A stretch of 59,679 nucleotides of DNA from a virus (IMGVR_UViG_3300032231_000653:1-59679), one strand, 5' to 3'; shown: positions 48,724 through 57,077, numbered from the stretch's first letter. Numbers and translations are program-made. The notes: generated from the sequence alone by a model not told the origin.

Positions 48724-49155
48724 TTAACCTTCTTCTTCCACTTTCCATTTCAGAGGATATCCAGCATCTTTCCAGGCTTTTATGACGGCCTCTTTATCAA
48801 CCTCATAAACAAACCAGGCTTTGGTTATCTCCCCCGTTTCGGGGACAACTGTCGTCTTGATTTGCTTACTAAAAAACTTGTTGAGCCCCTTGTGGGGGCA
48901 GTTTACTGTCCTCTCGCAGCGCTGGACGAAGTGCCCAGATTTCCTTGCTGTCGCTTCGTCTATTTCGCAATAGACGGCTACCTTGGTCACCGATTCTACT
49001 TTTCGATTTAAGAGATCTGCACTTAGTTCGGGCAGATCCAGTTCTTCTCTTGCCCTATCCAGGTCTTCCAGTCCTAGAAGGGTTTTTCCCATGCTTACAG
49101 CCAGTATCAGCCCTCTTGTTTCGTCATGCACCTTGATCTCGATTTCAAATTTCAT
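48724..49155 (-). CDS. Hypothetical protein
   Basis: AAGGA RBS; 143 aa. Confidence 0.7.
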   Translation of the reverse strand: MKFEIEIKVHDETRGLILAVSMGKTLLGLEDLDRAREELDLPELSADLLNRKVESVTKVAVYCEIDEATARKSGHFVQRCERTVNCPHKGLNKFFSKQIKTTVVPETGEITKAWFVYEVDKEAVIKAWKDAGYPLKWKVEEEG

Positions 49156-49238
49156 AATTCTTTTTCCTTATAATTAATTTTTATGATTTTTTGGCTCCCG
49201 TAAGGGAGACAGGTGGTCCGCCAGGAGGCGGTTTCGGG

Positions 49239-49538
49239 TTAGTTTCTCTTGCATGTTAGTTGATACCATGATCCAGTTGAATTGTAAATTGTTTCGGTTA
49301 TCGTTTCTTTTGCTACAATTTCGTTAGTCTCCTTTTCCACGACAGCTATGGTTTTTCCACCGTAGCTTATTAAAAAATCATCATACGTAAAAGAATCCAT
49401 CTGAAGATCATCAATCACTTCAGCTAAATAATCTTCAAGGCTCCCGGTAACGAATTCCCAATCTTTATCGCCTATGCTATCCACAAAAATTCCGTTTACG
49501 TGGATTTCTCCCCTGTAAAATTTCCCTGTTCTTTCCAT
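49239..49538 (-). CDS. Hypothetical acidic protein
   Basis: AAGGAG RBS; downstream of a sigma54-type promoter. Confidence 0.7.
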   Translation of the reverse strand: MERTGKFYRGEIHVNGIFVDSIGDKDWEFVTGSLEDYLAEVIDDLQMDSFTYDDFLISYGGKTIAVVEKETNEIVAKETITETIYNSTGSWYQLTCKRN

Positions 49539-49602
49539 GATATTTTCTCCTTAAATGGTGTTTCTTTCTCTTTTTCTCTTTTTCTCTATTGCCTATGTAT
49601 AA

Positions 49603-49618
49603 TGCAATGGCCATGCCA
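49603..49618 (-). promoter_or_regulatory. Sigma54-type promoter
   Basis: TGGCATGGCCATTGCA on the minus strand. Confidence 0.8.
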
Positions 49619-49768
49619 ATACTATACATAAAATATGTGTGTAGGTAAGTGTATATAAAACAAACACTTACATAAAACGTGCCTGTATGCATAAAACAGC
49701 CTCTTGTTAAAAGCACGCATGTGGTACGGTGGCAGTACATTAATGTGCTCAGTATATACAGCACATAG

Positions 49769-49897
49769 TACAAAGTACGTTTATGTTCATTAAGTGTACT
49801 ATAAGGTACACTTAATTCATGTATTGTTACTAAAAGCCTATTGTTTAAAGCATTACGTTCTGGCATACTGGTTGCATTATACACTTACATACGTTGT
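49769..49897. repeat. 129-bp inverted repeat, copy B (partner 10271-10399)
   Basis: See copy A. Confidence 0.95.
49861..49876 (+). promoter_or_regulatory. Sigma54-type promoter
   Basis: TGGCATACTGGTTGCA. Confidence 0.8.
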
Positions 49898-49927
49898 ATT
49901 ATGTTTAGATCAATAATGAGGAAAACC

Positions 49928-50245
49928 ATGACGAAGAGAAAAGCACAGAAGATTGATAGTTTGTATACTGCGCTTAGACGGAATACATTATATCTGCTTG
50001 CAGAAGACTATCATGTAGAATTTGTGACTAAATGTTTGCAGGATGCACACGACAGAGGTGTAAAAATTTTAGACTATTTAGCGGCGGCTGAGCCGCTAAT
50101 GCGAGAGCTTAAAAATGTACGAGGGGGTGAGAAAGAGTTAAAAAAAGAGTTGAATGAACAGTTTAATGAGATAAGAGTAAAAAATTTGACTGCCTGGTAC
50201 ACGACAGGCCACCAGGCAGTGCTTGAAGCAATAAGGTTAGTTTAA
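49928..50245 (+). CDS. Hypothetical protein
   Basis: Start re-assigned to the ATG after GAGG. Confidence 0.65.
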   Translation: MTKRKAQKIDSLYTALRRNTLYLLAEDYHVEFVTKCLQDAHDRGVKILDYLAAAEPLMRELKNVRGGEKELKKELNEQFNEIRVKNLTAWYTTGHQAVLEAIRLV

Positions 50246-50264
50246 ATAAGAAGGGCGTAAAGAT

Positions 50265-50588
50265 ATGATAGAACCTAAGGTTGGCAAGCGTGTCTTTCAT
50301 TTTTTTGCTATGCATGCTGTGTTGAATGAGGATACGAAGAGGAATGTTGTGGAAATAACGGCTATTAATAAGGAAGGTCGTATACAAATTAGAGATGCGT
50401 ACCATACACTCGCAACGTGGTTTGACCCGAAGGACTTTTTTGAGACACACAAAGATGCCGCAATGTGTGCTAAACAAAAAAAGTTAGCTGGCATAAGTAC
50501 GTTGCAGCGTAAGATAGATAAGATTAGGGTAACAGTTTCTAAATTGGATGCCATTATTGAAAGAGGTTCGACAACAGAAAGCTACTAA
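50265..50588 (+). CDS. Hypothetical protein
   Basis: 107-aa ORF with a C-terminal coiled coil. Confidence 0.65.
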   Translation: MIEPKVGKRVFHFFAMHAVLNEDTKRNVVEITAINKEGRIQIRDAYHTLATWFDPKDFFETHKDAAMCAKQKKLAGISTLQRKIDKIRVTVSKLDAIIERGSTTESY

Positions 50589-50602
50589 GTGGGCTACACG
50601 TG

Positions 50603-50630
50603 TTGTAATTGGGTATTTTGTACTTATAAT
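50603..50630 (+). promoter_or_regulatory. Sigma70-like promoter
   Basis: TTGTAA-N16-TATAAT. Confidence 0.5.
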
Positions 50631-50697
50631 AAATCTAATCGAGTTTTTTTTTTTGTATGCAACGCATGTTTTACAAAAGTTTTAGCATGTTTCCACG

Positions 50698-51252
50698 ATG
50701 GAGGATATACATGATATGAACGGTAACTTACCTAAATTAGTAATCAATGCTTGTGATTACCCTATTGGACAGATAGACAATTATGTAATTTCGAAGAAGT
50801 TTTTGATACACACAGACTATGTAACATTCACGCCACGTCACGTAGATACGCTTTCAAAAAGCGGGCAGGATTTTACTGCTTCGCGGCCTTCTATAATAGA
50901 AATGACAACTTTTCTCAACACATCCATTTATAAGGACGCGTTAGCAGAAGACATCACTGCTGCTCAATTATTAAGGCGCACACCATTTCTATACGAAACA
51001 GCGTCTGAAGGGACACTATATTTGGTTAGGAAATTCGATTTTGTTTCAGGCGACCAGCAAAGTGTTTGGGTGAACGATCGGTTTTCAGCCATGTTGAGCT
51101 TCTGGCCTGCGGTGGCTAAAAATAATAAAAGTCCTATCTTTTTGAAAAATGCAGATAGCGTGTGTATAGGTTTGATTATGCCTATGTTTATGACATGTGA
51201 GGATTCTGGTTTAACAGTATGCTCTGCATGTGGTAATTTGAAAACAGCTTAG
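50698..51252 (+). CDS. Hypothetical protein
   Basis: 184-aa ORF; P........GLIMP C-terminal motif. Confidence 0.65.
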   Translation: MEDIHDMNGNLPKLVINACDYPIGQIDNYVISKKFLIHTDYVTFTPRHVDTLSKSGQDFTASRPSIIEMTTFLNTSIYKDALAEDITAAQLLRRTPFLYETASEGTLYLVRKFDFVSGDQQSVWVNDRFSAMLSFWPAVAKNNKSPIFLKNADSVCIGLIMPMFMTCEDSGLTVCSACGNLKTA

Positions 51253-51264
51253 AACAAAGAAGCA

Positions 51265-51558
51265 GTGCAGAAAATTGAGAAGACTTACTCAGCTAAATTA
51301 GGTGTAAAAATTATGAAAAAACCAGATAAAGAAAAAGATTGTATTTGCTCACCATATAAGGAAAAAAGGCAGATGAGCGGGGCCGTGTGTTCTTTTTTAG
51401 AATATGTCGGAAAACTGTGGTTAGATAAAGAGAAGTGGATAACCAGAGGCAGCGAAGCTTATAAATGCGAATGTGGACAATATTGGAGCACTTTCGGATT
51501 TGGGTCTGACCTGCTGACAATGATAGAGACAGATTATGTTAAAGAATGTTTACAATAG
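51265..51558 (+). CDS. Small Cys-rich hypothetical protein
   Basis: CxC...CxCG. Confidence 0.55.
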   Translation: MQKIEKTYSAKLGVKIMKKPDKEKDCICSPYKEKRQMSGAVCSFLEYVGKLWLDKEKWITRGSEAYKCECGQYWSTFGFGSDLLTMIETDYVKECLQ

Positions 51559-51569
51559 GAGAAAACTAG

Positions 51570-52160
51570 ATGAAAGAGGATACCAAAGAATTCAAAAAGG
51601 GCGACCAGTGTTACCATGTGCCAACTTGGAAGCACCTGGTATACGCTGAATTAGAGAAGAGCACCGTAATGGGAGCAGGCTTGCGCATGCTCCCCCTAAA
51701 TACAGGGATGGCCGAAGAAGAACACTGTTTCCGAACCATTGAAGATGCTGCAAAATACTGGTTGCCAAGAATTAATAAAAAAATGACAGACATGACAACA
51801 TCGTATTTATCAAAGGTACACCCAATTGAGTTAGCACTCGAAAAACTGCACAACCTAGCAGGGGGAAAGAACATAACAAAGAAAAAGGACATTGAAACCG
51901 CACATGTAAAAATTACATGTGACAACAGTGGCTATCGAGCCATATGGAAAGCGGAAACCAAAATAAGTTACGCAGAATACGAGTACGGGGAGTGGGACAG
52001 TGAAGAAGGAGAAGCGGGGTTTTATCTAGGGACAGCTGTTTTCCCCAAAATTCTCCCCGAAAGCGGTGCTGTCCCCGCGGTTGTCATTACAGAAGCAGAT
52101 TATAAAACGCTTTTAAAGGAGGCAGGGCGGGGACATGAAACAGATAATAAACAAGCTTAA
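51570..52160 (+). CDS. Hypothetical protein
   Basis: AGGAG RBS; 196 aa. Confidence 0.65.
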   Translation: MKEDTKEFKKGDQCYHVPTWKHLVYAELEKSTVMGAGLRMLPLNTGMAEEEHCFRTIEDAAKYWLPRINKKMTDMTTSYLSKVHPIELALEKLHNLAGGKNITKKKDIETAHVKITCDNSGYRAIWKAETKISYAEYEYGEWDSEEGEAGFYLGTAVFPKILPESGAVPAVVITEADYKTLLKEAGRGHETDNKQA

Positions 52161-53730
52161 AGAGAGCCAAGAGGATTTTGAGTGGTACCCGACCACCACA
52201 GAGATTTTGAATACCGTCAAGAAAAACTTCCTACACCATTTCAGGAAGGATGAAAGCCTCGACATATTGGATTGTGGGGCAGGAGACGGAAGGGCGCTAA
52301 CCCATCTTAAATCATGTGGCGGGAGTTTATACGCTATTGAAAAGAGTTCTGTTCTCATCAATGAAATGAGTCCAGATATTTTTATCGTGGGCACTGATTT
52401 TGAGATGTCCACGCTCATTGATAAGTGTGTCGATGTAATATTTTGCAATCCGCCTTATTCTCAATATGAAATATGGGCAAAGAAAATCATTTCGGAGGCT
52501 AACGCCGCAATGATATACCTCGTAATCCCTGACAGGTGGGTAAATTCTCTCACCATTGCAGATGCCATTAAGTCACGGAATGCTACGGCTAGGATTTTAG
52601 GGGCGTTTGATTTTTGTGATGCAGAGAGGCAAGCTAGAGCAAAAGTTAATATTCTGGCAATCCCTATTTATATGCGCGGGTATACTCACGGAAAGAAGTC
52701 CGCAGAAATCGATCCTTTTTCTTTGTGGTTTGAAAATACTTTCCAATTTTCGGCAGACAAAGCGGACGGGTTCAATCAAAAAGAAACCCTTAAAGCTGAT
52801 TTGGAAAATACCATCGTAAAAGGGGGCGGTCTTATCCCAACCTTGGTGGAACTTTATAACACTGACATGAAAAAGCTGTATAAAAACTATACGGCTGTCT
52901 CAAAACTTGACCCCTCAATCCTGAAAGAACTTAATGTCAGCGTGGATGCACTTAAGGAGGGGTTGAGGCAAAAAATAGAGGGGATGAAGCTTCTCTATTG
53001 GAAGGAGTTTTTTGACAATTTCGAGAAAATTACGGACAGGCTGACTACAAAAAGCCGTAAAAAATTAATGGGCAAATTAATGGAGCATACGTCCATCGAC
53101 TTTACAGCGGCTAATGCTTACGCCGTTACAATCTGGGCGATTAAAAACGCAAATAAATATTTCGACAGCCAGTTGATCGAAGTGGTTGAAGCGATGATAG
53201 CCCAAGCCAATATAAAACATTATAAATCTAACAAAAGGGTATACCAAGATGATGAGTGGCTATATGGGCGGAAACCTGAAGTCAGCAAATACGCCCTAGA
53301 ATTACGGATAGTACTTGCACACAAAGCAAAAATAAAGGGCAGTGGTTACGGCTATAGTTTTGACTACCTAAACGGACTCCATAAGGATAGTCATAACTTC
53401 CTTTCTGACATTACCACAGTAGCAAACAATCTGGGGTTTTGTAGTAACGATCAATCCGAAGATTTTGAATGGTGCATCGGAAAAAAGATTATGTTCCGCA
53501 TGGGTGATGCCACTCTTATGGAAGTGAAAGCCTTTAAAAACGGAAATTTCCATATAAAATTTAATTGTAAGTTTATCCAGAAATTAAACGTCGAGTTCGG
53601 AAGGCTAAAAGGCTGGTTAAAAGATGAGCAAGAAGCCAGCGAAGAGCTAAAGATACCTCTTAAGGATATAAAGAACTTTGGTTCAAACTTCAGATTTGAA
53701 GCATCAGATGCATTATTATTAATAGAATAG
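52135..53730 (+). CDS. Adenine methyltransferase with DUF4942-type C-terminus
   Basis: FEWYPT, LD.GAG.G and NPPY motifs; C-terminal K.FKNGN.HIKF. Confidence 0.85.
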   Translation: MKQIINKLKESQEDFEWYPTTTEILNTVKKNFLHHFRKDESLDILDCGAGDGRALTHLKSCGGSLYAIEKSSVLINEMSPDIFIVGTDFEMSTLIDKCVDVIFCNPPYSQYEIWAKKIISEANAAMIYLVIPDRWVNSLTIADAIKSRNATARILGAFDFCDAERQARAKVNILAIPIYMRGYTHGKKSAEIDPFSLWFENTFQFSADKADGFNQKETLKADLENTIVKGGGLIPTLVELYNTDMKKLYKNYTAVSKLDPSILKELNVSVDALKEGLRQKIEGMKLLYWKEFFDNFEKITDRLTTKSRKKLMGKLMEHTSIDFTAANAYAVTIWAIKNANKYFDSQLIEVVEAMIAQANIKHYKSNKRVYQDDEWLYGRKPEVSKYALELRIVLAHKAKIKGSGYGYSFDYLNGLHKDSHNFLSDITTVANNLGFCSNDQSEDFEWCIGKKIMFRMGDATLMEVKAFKNGNFHIKFNCKFIQKLNVEFGRLKGWLKDEQEASEELKIPLKDIKNFGSNFRFEASDALLLIE

Positions 53731-53829
53731 ACGATACTAGGTGTACTTAAATGTACTTGATGTTTCACATATGTACTCTCAAACCTATCACCTTTATGCT
53801 AACTCCTAGTGTTTTGTACGTTTTACATT

Positions 53830-53845
53830 TGGCATAGCGATTGCA
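53830..53845 (+). promoter_or_regulatory. Sigma54-type promoter
   Basis: TGGCATAGCGATTGCA. Confidence 0.8.
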
Positions 53846-53888
53846 TTATATAAGAGCAACAAACGAAAACCCACGGAGGAGTAAGACT

Positions 53889-54095
53889 ATGCAAAAGCGA
53901 AGAGATCCCATAGAGATAATATTGAGCGATCATCACTATTGGAGCCTGCTTCGAAAGTACACTGTACACGAGATAGAAGTATTTTGTGAGATTATAAACT
54001 TGAAAAGGCGTGATAAGGTAGACACAAAAACTTTGCGGGCTGCGGTTGCTGCTAAGAAAGCGGAGTTGCAAAGTTTTCATTTTACAACAATTTAA
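53889..54095 (+). CDS. Hypothetical small protein
   Basis: GGAGGAG RBS before ATG 53889. Confidence 0.65.
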   Translation: MQKRRDPIEIILSDHHYWSLLRKYTVHEIEVFCEIINLKRRDKVDTKTLRAAVAAKKAELQSFHFTTI

Positions 54096-54109
54096 CTTTT
54101 ATGTAGAGG

Positions 54110-54346
54110 GTGCATCTTTCGGGTGCATCCTCTTTGGAGGCAGAGATGAAGAATAAATATTATTTGAGGAGAAAGACACCTCATTTGCACGAGGTATATA
54201 AGATCGGGGCCACATGCGCAATCGGCAGTATTTTTAAGAGTAAAGATGGCGGTTACTACTGTACCGCAGGTGCGCATAAACTTGGTAACGTACCATCTGA
54301 TTTGATATCTGCCACCCGTATGGTGGTACAACATGCGGGCTTGTAA
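54110..54346 (+). CDS. Hypothetical small protein
   Basis: Likely start at ATG 54146 after GGAGG. Confidence 0.5.
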   Translation: MHLSGASSLEAEMKNKYYLRRKTPHLHEVYKIGATCAIGSIFKSKDGGYYCTAGAHKLGNVPSDLISATRMVVQHAGL

Positions 54347-54445
54347 GGTTTTTGTAAGGTTTTTGTAAGGTTTTTGTAAGGTTTTTGTAAGGTTTTTGTA
54401 AGGTTTTTGTAAGGTTTTTGTAAGGTTTTTGTAAGGTTTTTGTAA
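54341..54445. repeat. Tandem 11-bp repeat TTGTAAGGTTT x9 + partial
   Basis: GTAAGG recurs every 11 bp from 54343 to 54431. Confidence 0.97.
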
Positions 54446-54492
54446 TGTTAACGTATATCCATGGCATATAGGTACAGGGAGCTAAAAGGAAA

Positions 54493-54897
54493 ATGGAAGA
54501 GAAACAAGTACTCACATTGAAAGAGGCAGTGGAGCAGTATCTGGCGCATTTGGCAGAGATTGGGAAGGCGAAAGGGACAGTCGCCACCTACGGCAAAGAC
54601 TTTGAGCTTGCAGTTAAGCATTTCGGCGGACATAAGAAAATGGATGCTTTCCTCCCGCCACACATCGCCACCTTTTTTAAATCTGACCTCGTGAATAAGC
54701 TCCCGAACGGGAAAGACAGAGCCAAACCTACTATCGATAAGACAAAGCGTGCTGTTAGGATGCTGTTTGTTTGGGCCAAAGAATCCAGCATGATCAACAA
54801 ACTGCCTATTCCGAAAGACGCATTACCAAAAGTAGTGCAGAAAAAAAGTAAGGCTTTTGCCACAGTAAGTACGCAGGCAGCAGAAGAGGTTATCTGA
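54493..54897 (+). CDS. Stand-alone tyrosine-recombinase core-binding (SAM-like) domain protein, paralog of 32060
   Basis: TL.EA...YL..L...GK...T...Y ... R..F.WA....I..LPIPK; no catalytic domain. Confidence 0.7.
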   Translation: MEEKQVLTLKEAVEQYLAHLAEIGKAKGTVATYGKDFELAVKHFGGHKKMDAFLPPHIATFFKSDLVNKLPNGKDRAKPTIDKTKRAVRMLFVWAKESSMINKLPIPKDALPKVVQKKSKAFATVSTQAAEEVI

Positions 54898-54912
54898 AAA
54901 AGTGATAAGCAG

Positions 54913-54950
54913 AGCGCAGTATTTAGTGAGATTTGGAAATACTGCGCTAT
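54913..54950 (+). terminator. Hairpin / possible terminator
   Basis: AGCGCAGTATTT...AAATACTGCGCT. Confidence 0.55.
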
Positions 54951-55160
54951 ACCATTTGTTAGAGGCAGTTAATTTATTAAGCTAGTTCAAATTTTTTAGG
55001 GAGGTACATTTATGCCATCATCGGATGAACATGTTGAAATACGCTTGGAGGTTATAGGAAACCCCAAACGTGACGTACGTAAGTACGTTGGGAAAAAAGA
55101 TGGAAAGTTGAAGTTAGTAAAGAAAGAGGAATAACATTTACATTTATGGCATGCATATTG

Positions 55161-55188
55161 TTGCATACGCATGTTAAGTTTTTATAAT
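55161..55188 (+). promoter_or_regulatory. Sigma70-like promoter
   Basis: TTGCAT-N16-TATAAT. Confidence 0.6.
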
Positions 55189-55279
55189 AGTATAAAGGGT
55201 ACTACTTAAGGCAGTATTACTGCAAGAACACCCCCAAGGTTCTTTTTAGATAGTACCCTTTATACTATTATAAAAACTT
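55176..55279. repeat. Perfect 29-bp inverted repeat enclosing two small hairpins
   Basis: AAGTTTTTATAATAGTATAAAGGGTACTA at 55176-55204, with its reverse complement at 55251-55279. Confidence 0.92.
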
Positions 55280-55296
55280 GTGGGAAGCGAGGTATA

Positions 55297-55539
55297 ATGC
55301 TGGATAACGCCAAAGAGGATATAGCACAGAGAGTGCGGAGGATACATATTATTTCCACAGGCGAAAAGTGGAAAGTTAAGAAATCTTGGTGTACACGTAG
55401 CAGCAGAGTATTTTCACGTAAAACTGCTGCTGTGCGGTATGCTACAAAAGATTTACTGTCTAATTGTTGTGTTATTATTCATAAGGTAGATGGCACTGTT
55501 GAAAAAATAATTCAGAAGGAGGATGTTAATTTTAAGTAA
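55297..55539 (+). CDS. DUF2188-like protein
   Basis: H......W.VK.....R.S..F..K..A...A.........IH..DG pattern. Confidence 0.75.
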   Translation: MLDNAKEDIAQRVRRIHIISTGEKWKVKKSWCTRSSRVFSRKTAAVRYATKDLLSNCCVIIHKVDGTVEKIIQKEDVNFK

Positions 55540-55564
55540 GCTTATTAACTTCATTTAGGAGAAC

Positions 55565-55876
55565 ATGATCAAAATGACAAAAAGAGAGTTGGTCGCACGA
55601 ATTGCGGACAACACAGATTTAACAAAGAAGGATGTTGCTTGCGTACTGTCAGAATTTGCCGCAAGCATGCACAACGCAATCCAACAGCCTGGCGGTAACG
55701 TGACTTTACGTGGGTTGTTTACACTTAAGGCGTACCGTGCAAAAGCGGGGAAGCGGAGGAACCCCCAAACAGGTGCACAGGTCATGGTGCCAGAAACTGG
55801 GAAAATAAAATTTATTCCTGGTAAGCATTTAAAAGAATCCGCCGAGATTGGCGTTGGCACTAAGACTATCACATAA
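55565..55876 (+). CDS. hup: HU/IHF-family DNA-binding protein
   Basis: MTK.EL...IA, V.L.G.F and RNPQTG....VP.....F.PGK.LK motifs. Confidence 0.92.
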   Translation: MIKMTKRELVARIADNTDLTKKDVACVLSEFAASMHNAIQQPGGNVTLRGLFTLKAYRAKAGKRRNPQTGAQVMVPETGKIKFIPGKHLKESAEIGVGTKTIT

Positions 55877-55890
55877 ATAATTTAAGGAAT

Positions 55891-55958
55891 TTTGGCCAAG
55901 AAAAAGCACACTAATATCCATCTTATTGTGGCGCCCTTTTCTTGGCCAAATATTTTTT
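55891..55958 (+). terminator. Long hairpin / terminator after HU
   Basis: TTTGGCCAAGAAAA...TTTTCTTGGCCAAA followed by a T tract. Confidence 0.55.
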
Positions 55959-56033
55959 AGGTGGAATAGCACATTTGTGAAACAAAAGAGTTTTTGAGAT
56001 GGTAACAATTTAATAATTCAGGAGTAAAACGTA

Positions 56034-56645
56034 GTGTCATTTATAATTATAAGTGTGAATAAAGACGGTAAAGAATACTCAATGAAGATATCATCGCAGG
56101 ATGAGGCGGAGCGGATAAGCGTCGAGTTCCATGGAGGTACATGCATGTCACAAGATGATCAGACCGAAGAGCCTGTGGCTAAACCAACCGCGCACAAAAA
56201 GGAAGATGCAGCGATCACAAGCGGTAAGCGCACAAGAGGTGCATCTAGGAAAAAGAAGGTTACAAAATATGTTAACCCAGACCCTGTGCATGATCAGCAC
56301 TTTGAGCCTGTGCCAGATGATCAGCACCCCGACGATGAGAATAAACCCATACATGAAGCTACAGCGATGCCTAACACGCCTCACGTACATGTTTGTGATG
56401 AAAGAGATAAGCTGGCAGATACGCATATAAATGAGTGTGTTCCCGAAGTTAAAACCCCGCGTAAAAGAAAAAAAGAAACAGTCTTGTCTTATAAAGATAA
56501 GTTAGAAAAAGAAATAACTGCACTTGCTGAATTAACTGGACGAGGCGGACATGGTCTATTGATTGAACTTACAGGCAAAGACAATTTTGACAATGTATCC
56601 GAAGAGGAAGCCAAAGCCGTATATGACTTAAGGTTTGGAAATTAG
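56034..56645 (+). CDS. Hypothetical low-complexity protein
   Basis: AGGAG RBS; 203 aa. Confidence 0.65.
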   Translation: MSFIIISVNKDGKEYSMKISSQDEAERISVEFHGGTCMSQDDQTEEPVAKPTAHKKEDAAITSGKRTRGASRKKKVTKYVNPDPVHDQHFEPVPDDQHPDDENKPIHEATAMPNTPHVHVCDERDKLADTHINECVPEVKTPRKRKKETVLSYKDKLEKEITALAELTGRGGHGLLIELTGKDNFDNVSEEEAKAVYDLRFGN

Positions 56646-56841
56646 TCATGTGTAAAGAAGCCGACATCTTGAAAAAGACATTATTGATCTCGATGCCTTG
56701 ATAGAGAAATAAAACTCCATGCCCGACGGTGCGACACTGACGTTTTATTTTTGTGGTGATACGTGCCTGAGGGCTGGGGATATTTAAAGTGGCGCAAGGT
56801 GCGTACCATTGGAAATATGAAAAAGATGAAGGGGGAAACTC

Positions 56842-57063
56842 ATGATGATAGTAAACGAGCCGGAACAACTTATAACAAAGGACTCTGGACGTTCTTGTGA
56901 GTTTTATTTGTATTCCCCAAAAACAAAAAGGTGCTCGATTAAAAAAGAAGGGATATTGAAGCATGTTTCTTCAACAAAGGGTTATGTCTGTGAATCTGCT
57001 GATGGGAAGATATACATAGTCCCTCCTGGGTGTTTTAAATTTACAGACAGGAAAAAAGAATAA
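56842..57063 (+). CDS. Hypothetical small protein
   Basis: ORF with RBS. Confidence 0.55.
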   Translation: MMIVNEPEQLITKDSGRSCEFYLYSPKTKRCSIKKEGILKHVSSTKGYVCESADGKIYIVPPGCFKFTDRKKE

Positions 57064-57077
57064 GGAGGAATCAAGCT

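Noticed and set aside
49477-49884. 135-aa minus-strand ORF (and the 5' extensions of ORFs 10512, 49841 and 53841)
   Set aside because: They run across the promoter cassettes; better starts with RBSs lie downstream.
54341-54445. CRISPR array
   Set aside because: The 11-bp units are head-to-tail with no spacers, and there are no cas genes.
55147-55162. Sigma54-like TGGCATGCATATTGTT
   Set aside because: The -12 element is GT rather than GC, so it was not counted.
55176-55279. Retron msr-msd
   Set aside because: It has IR-flanked hairpins, but there is no reverse transcriptase in the window and the interior is only 46 bp.
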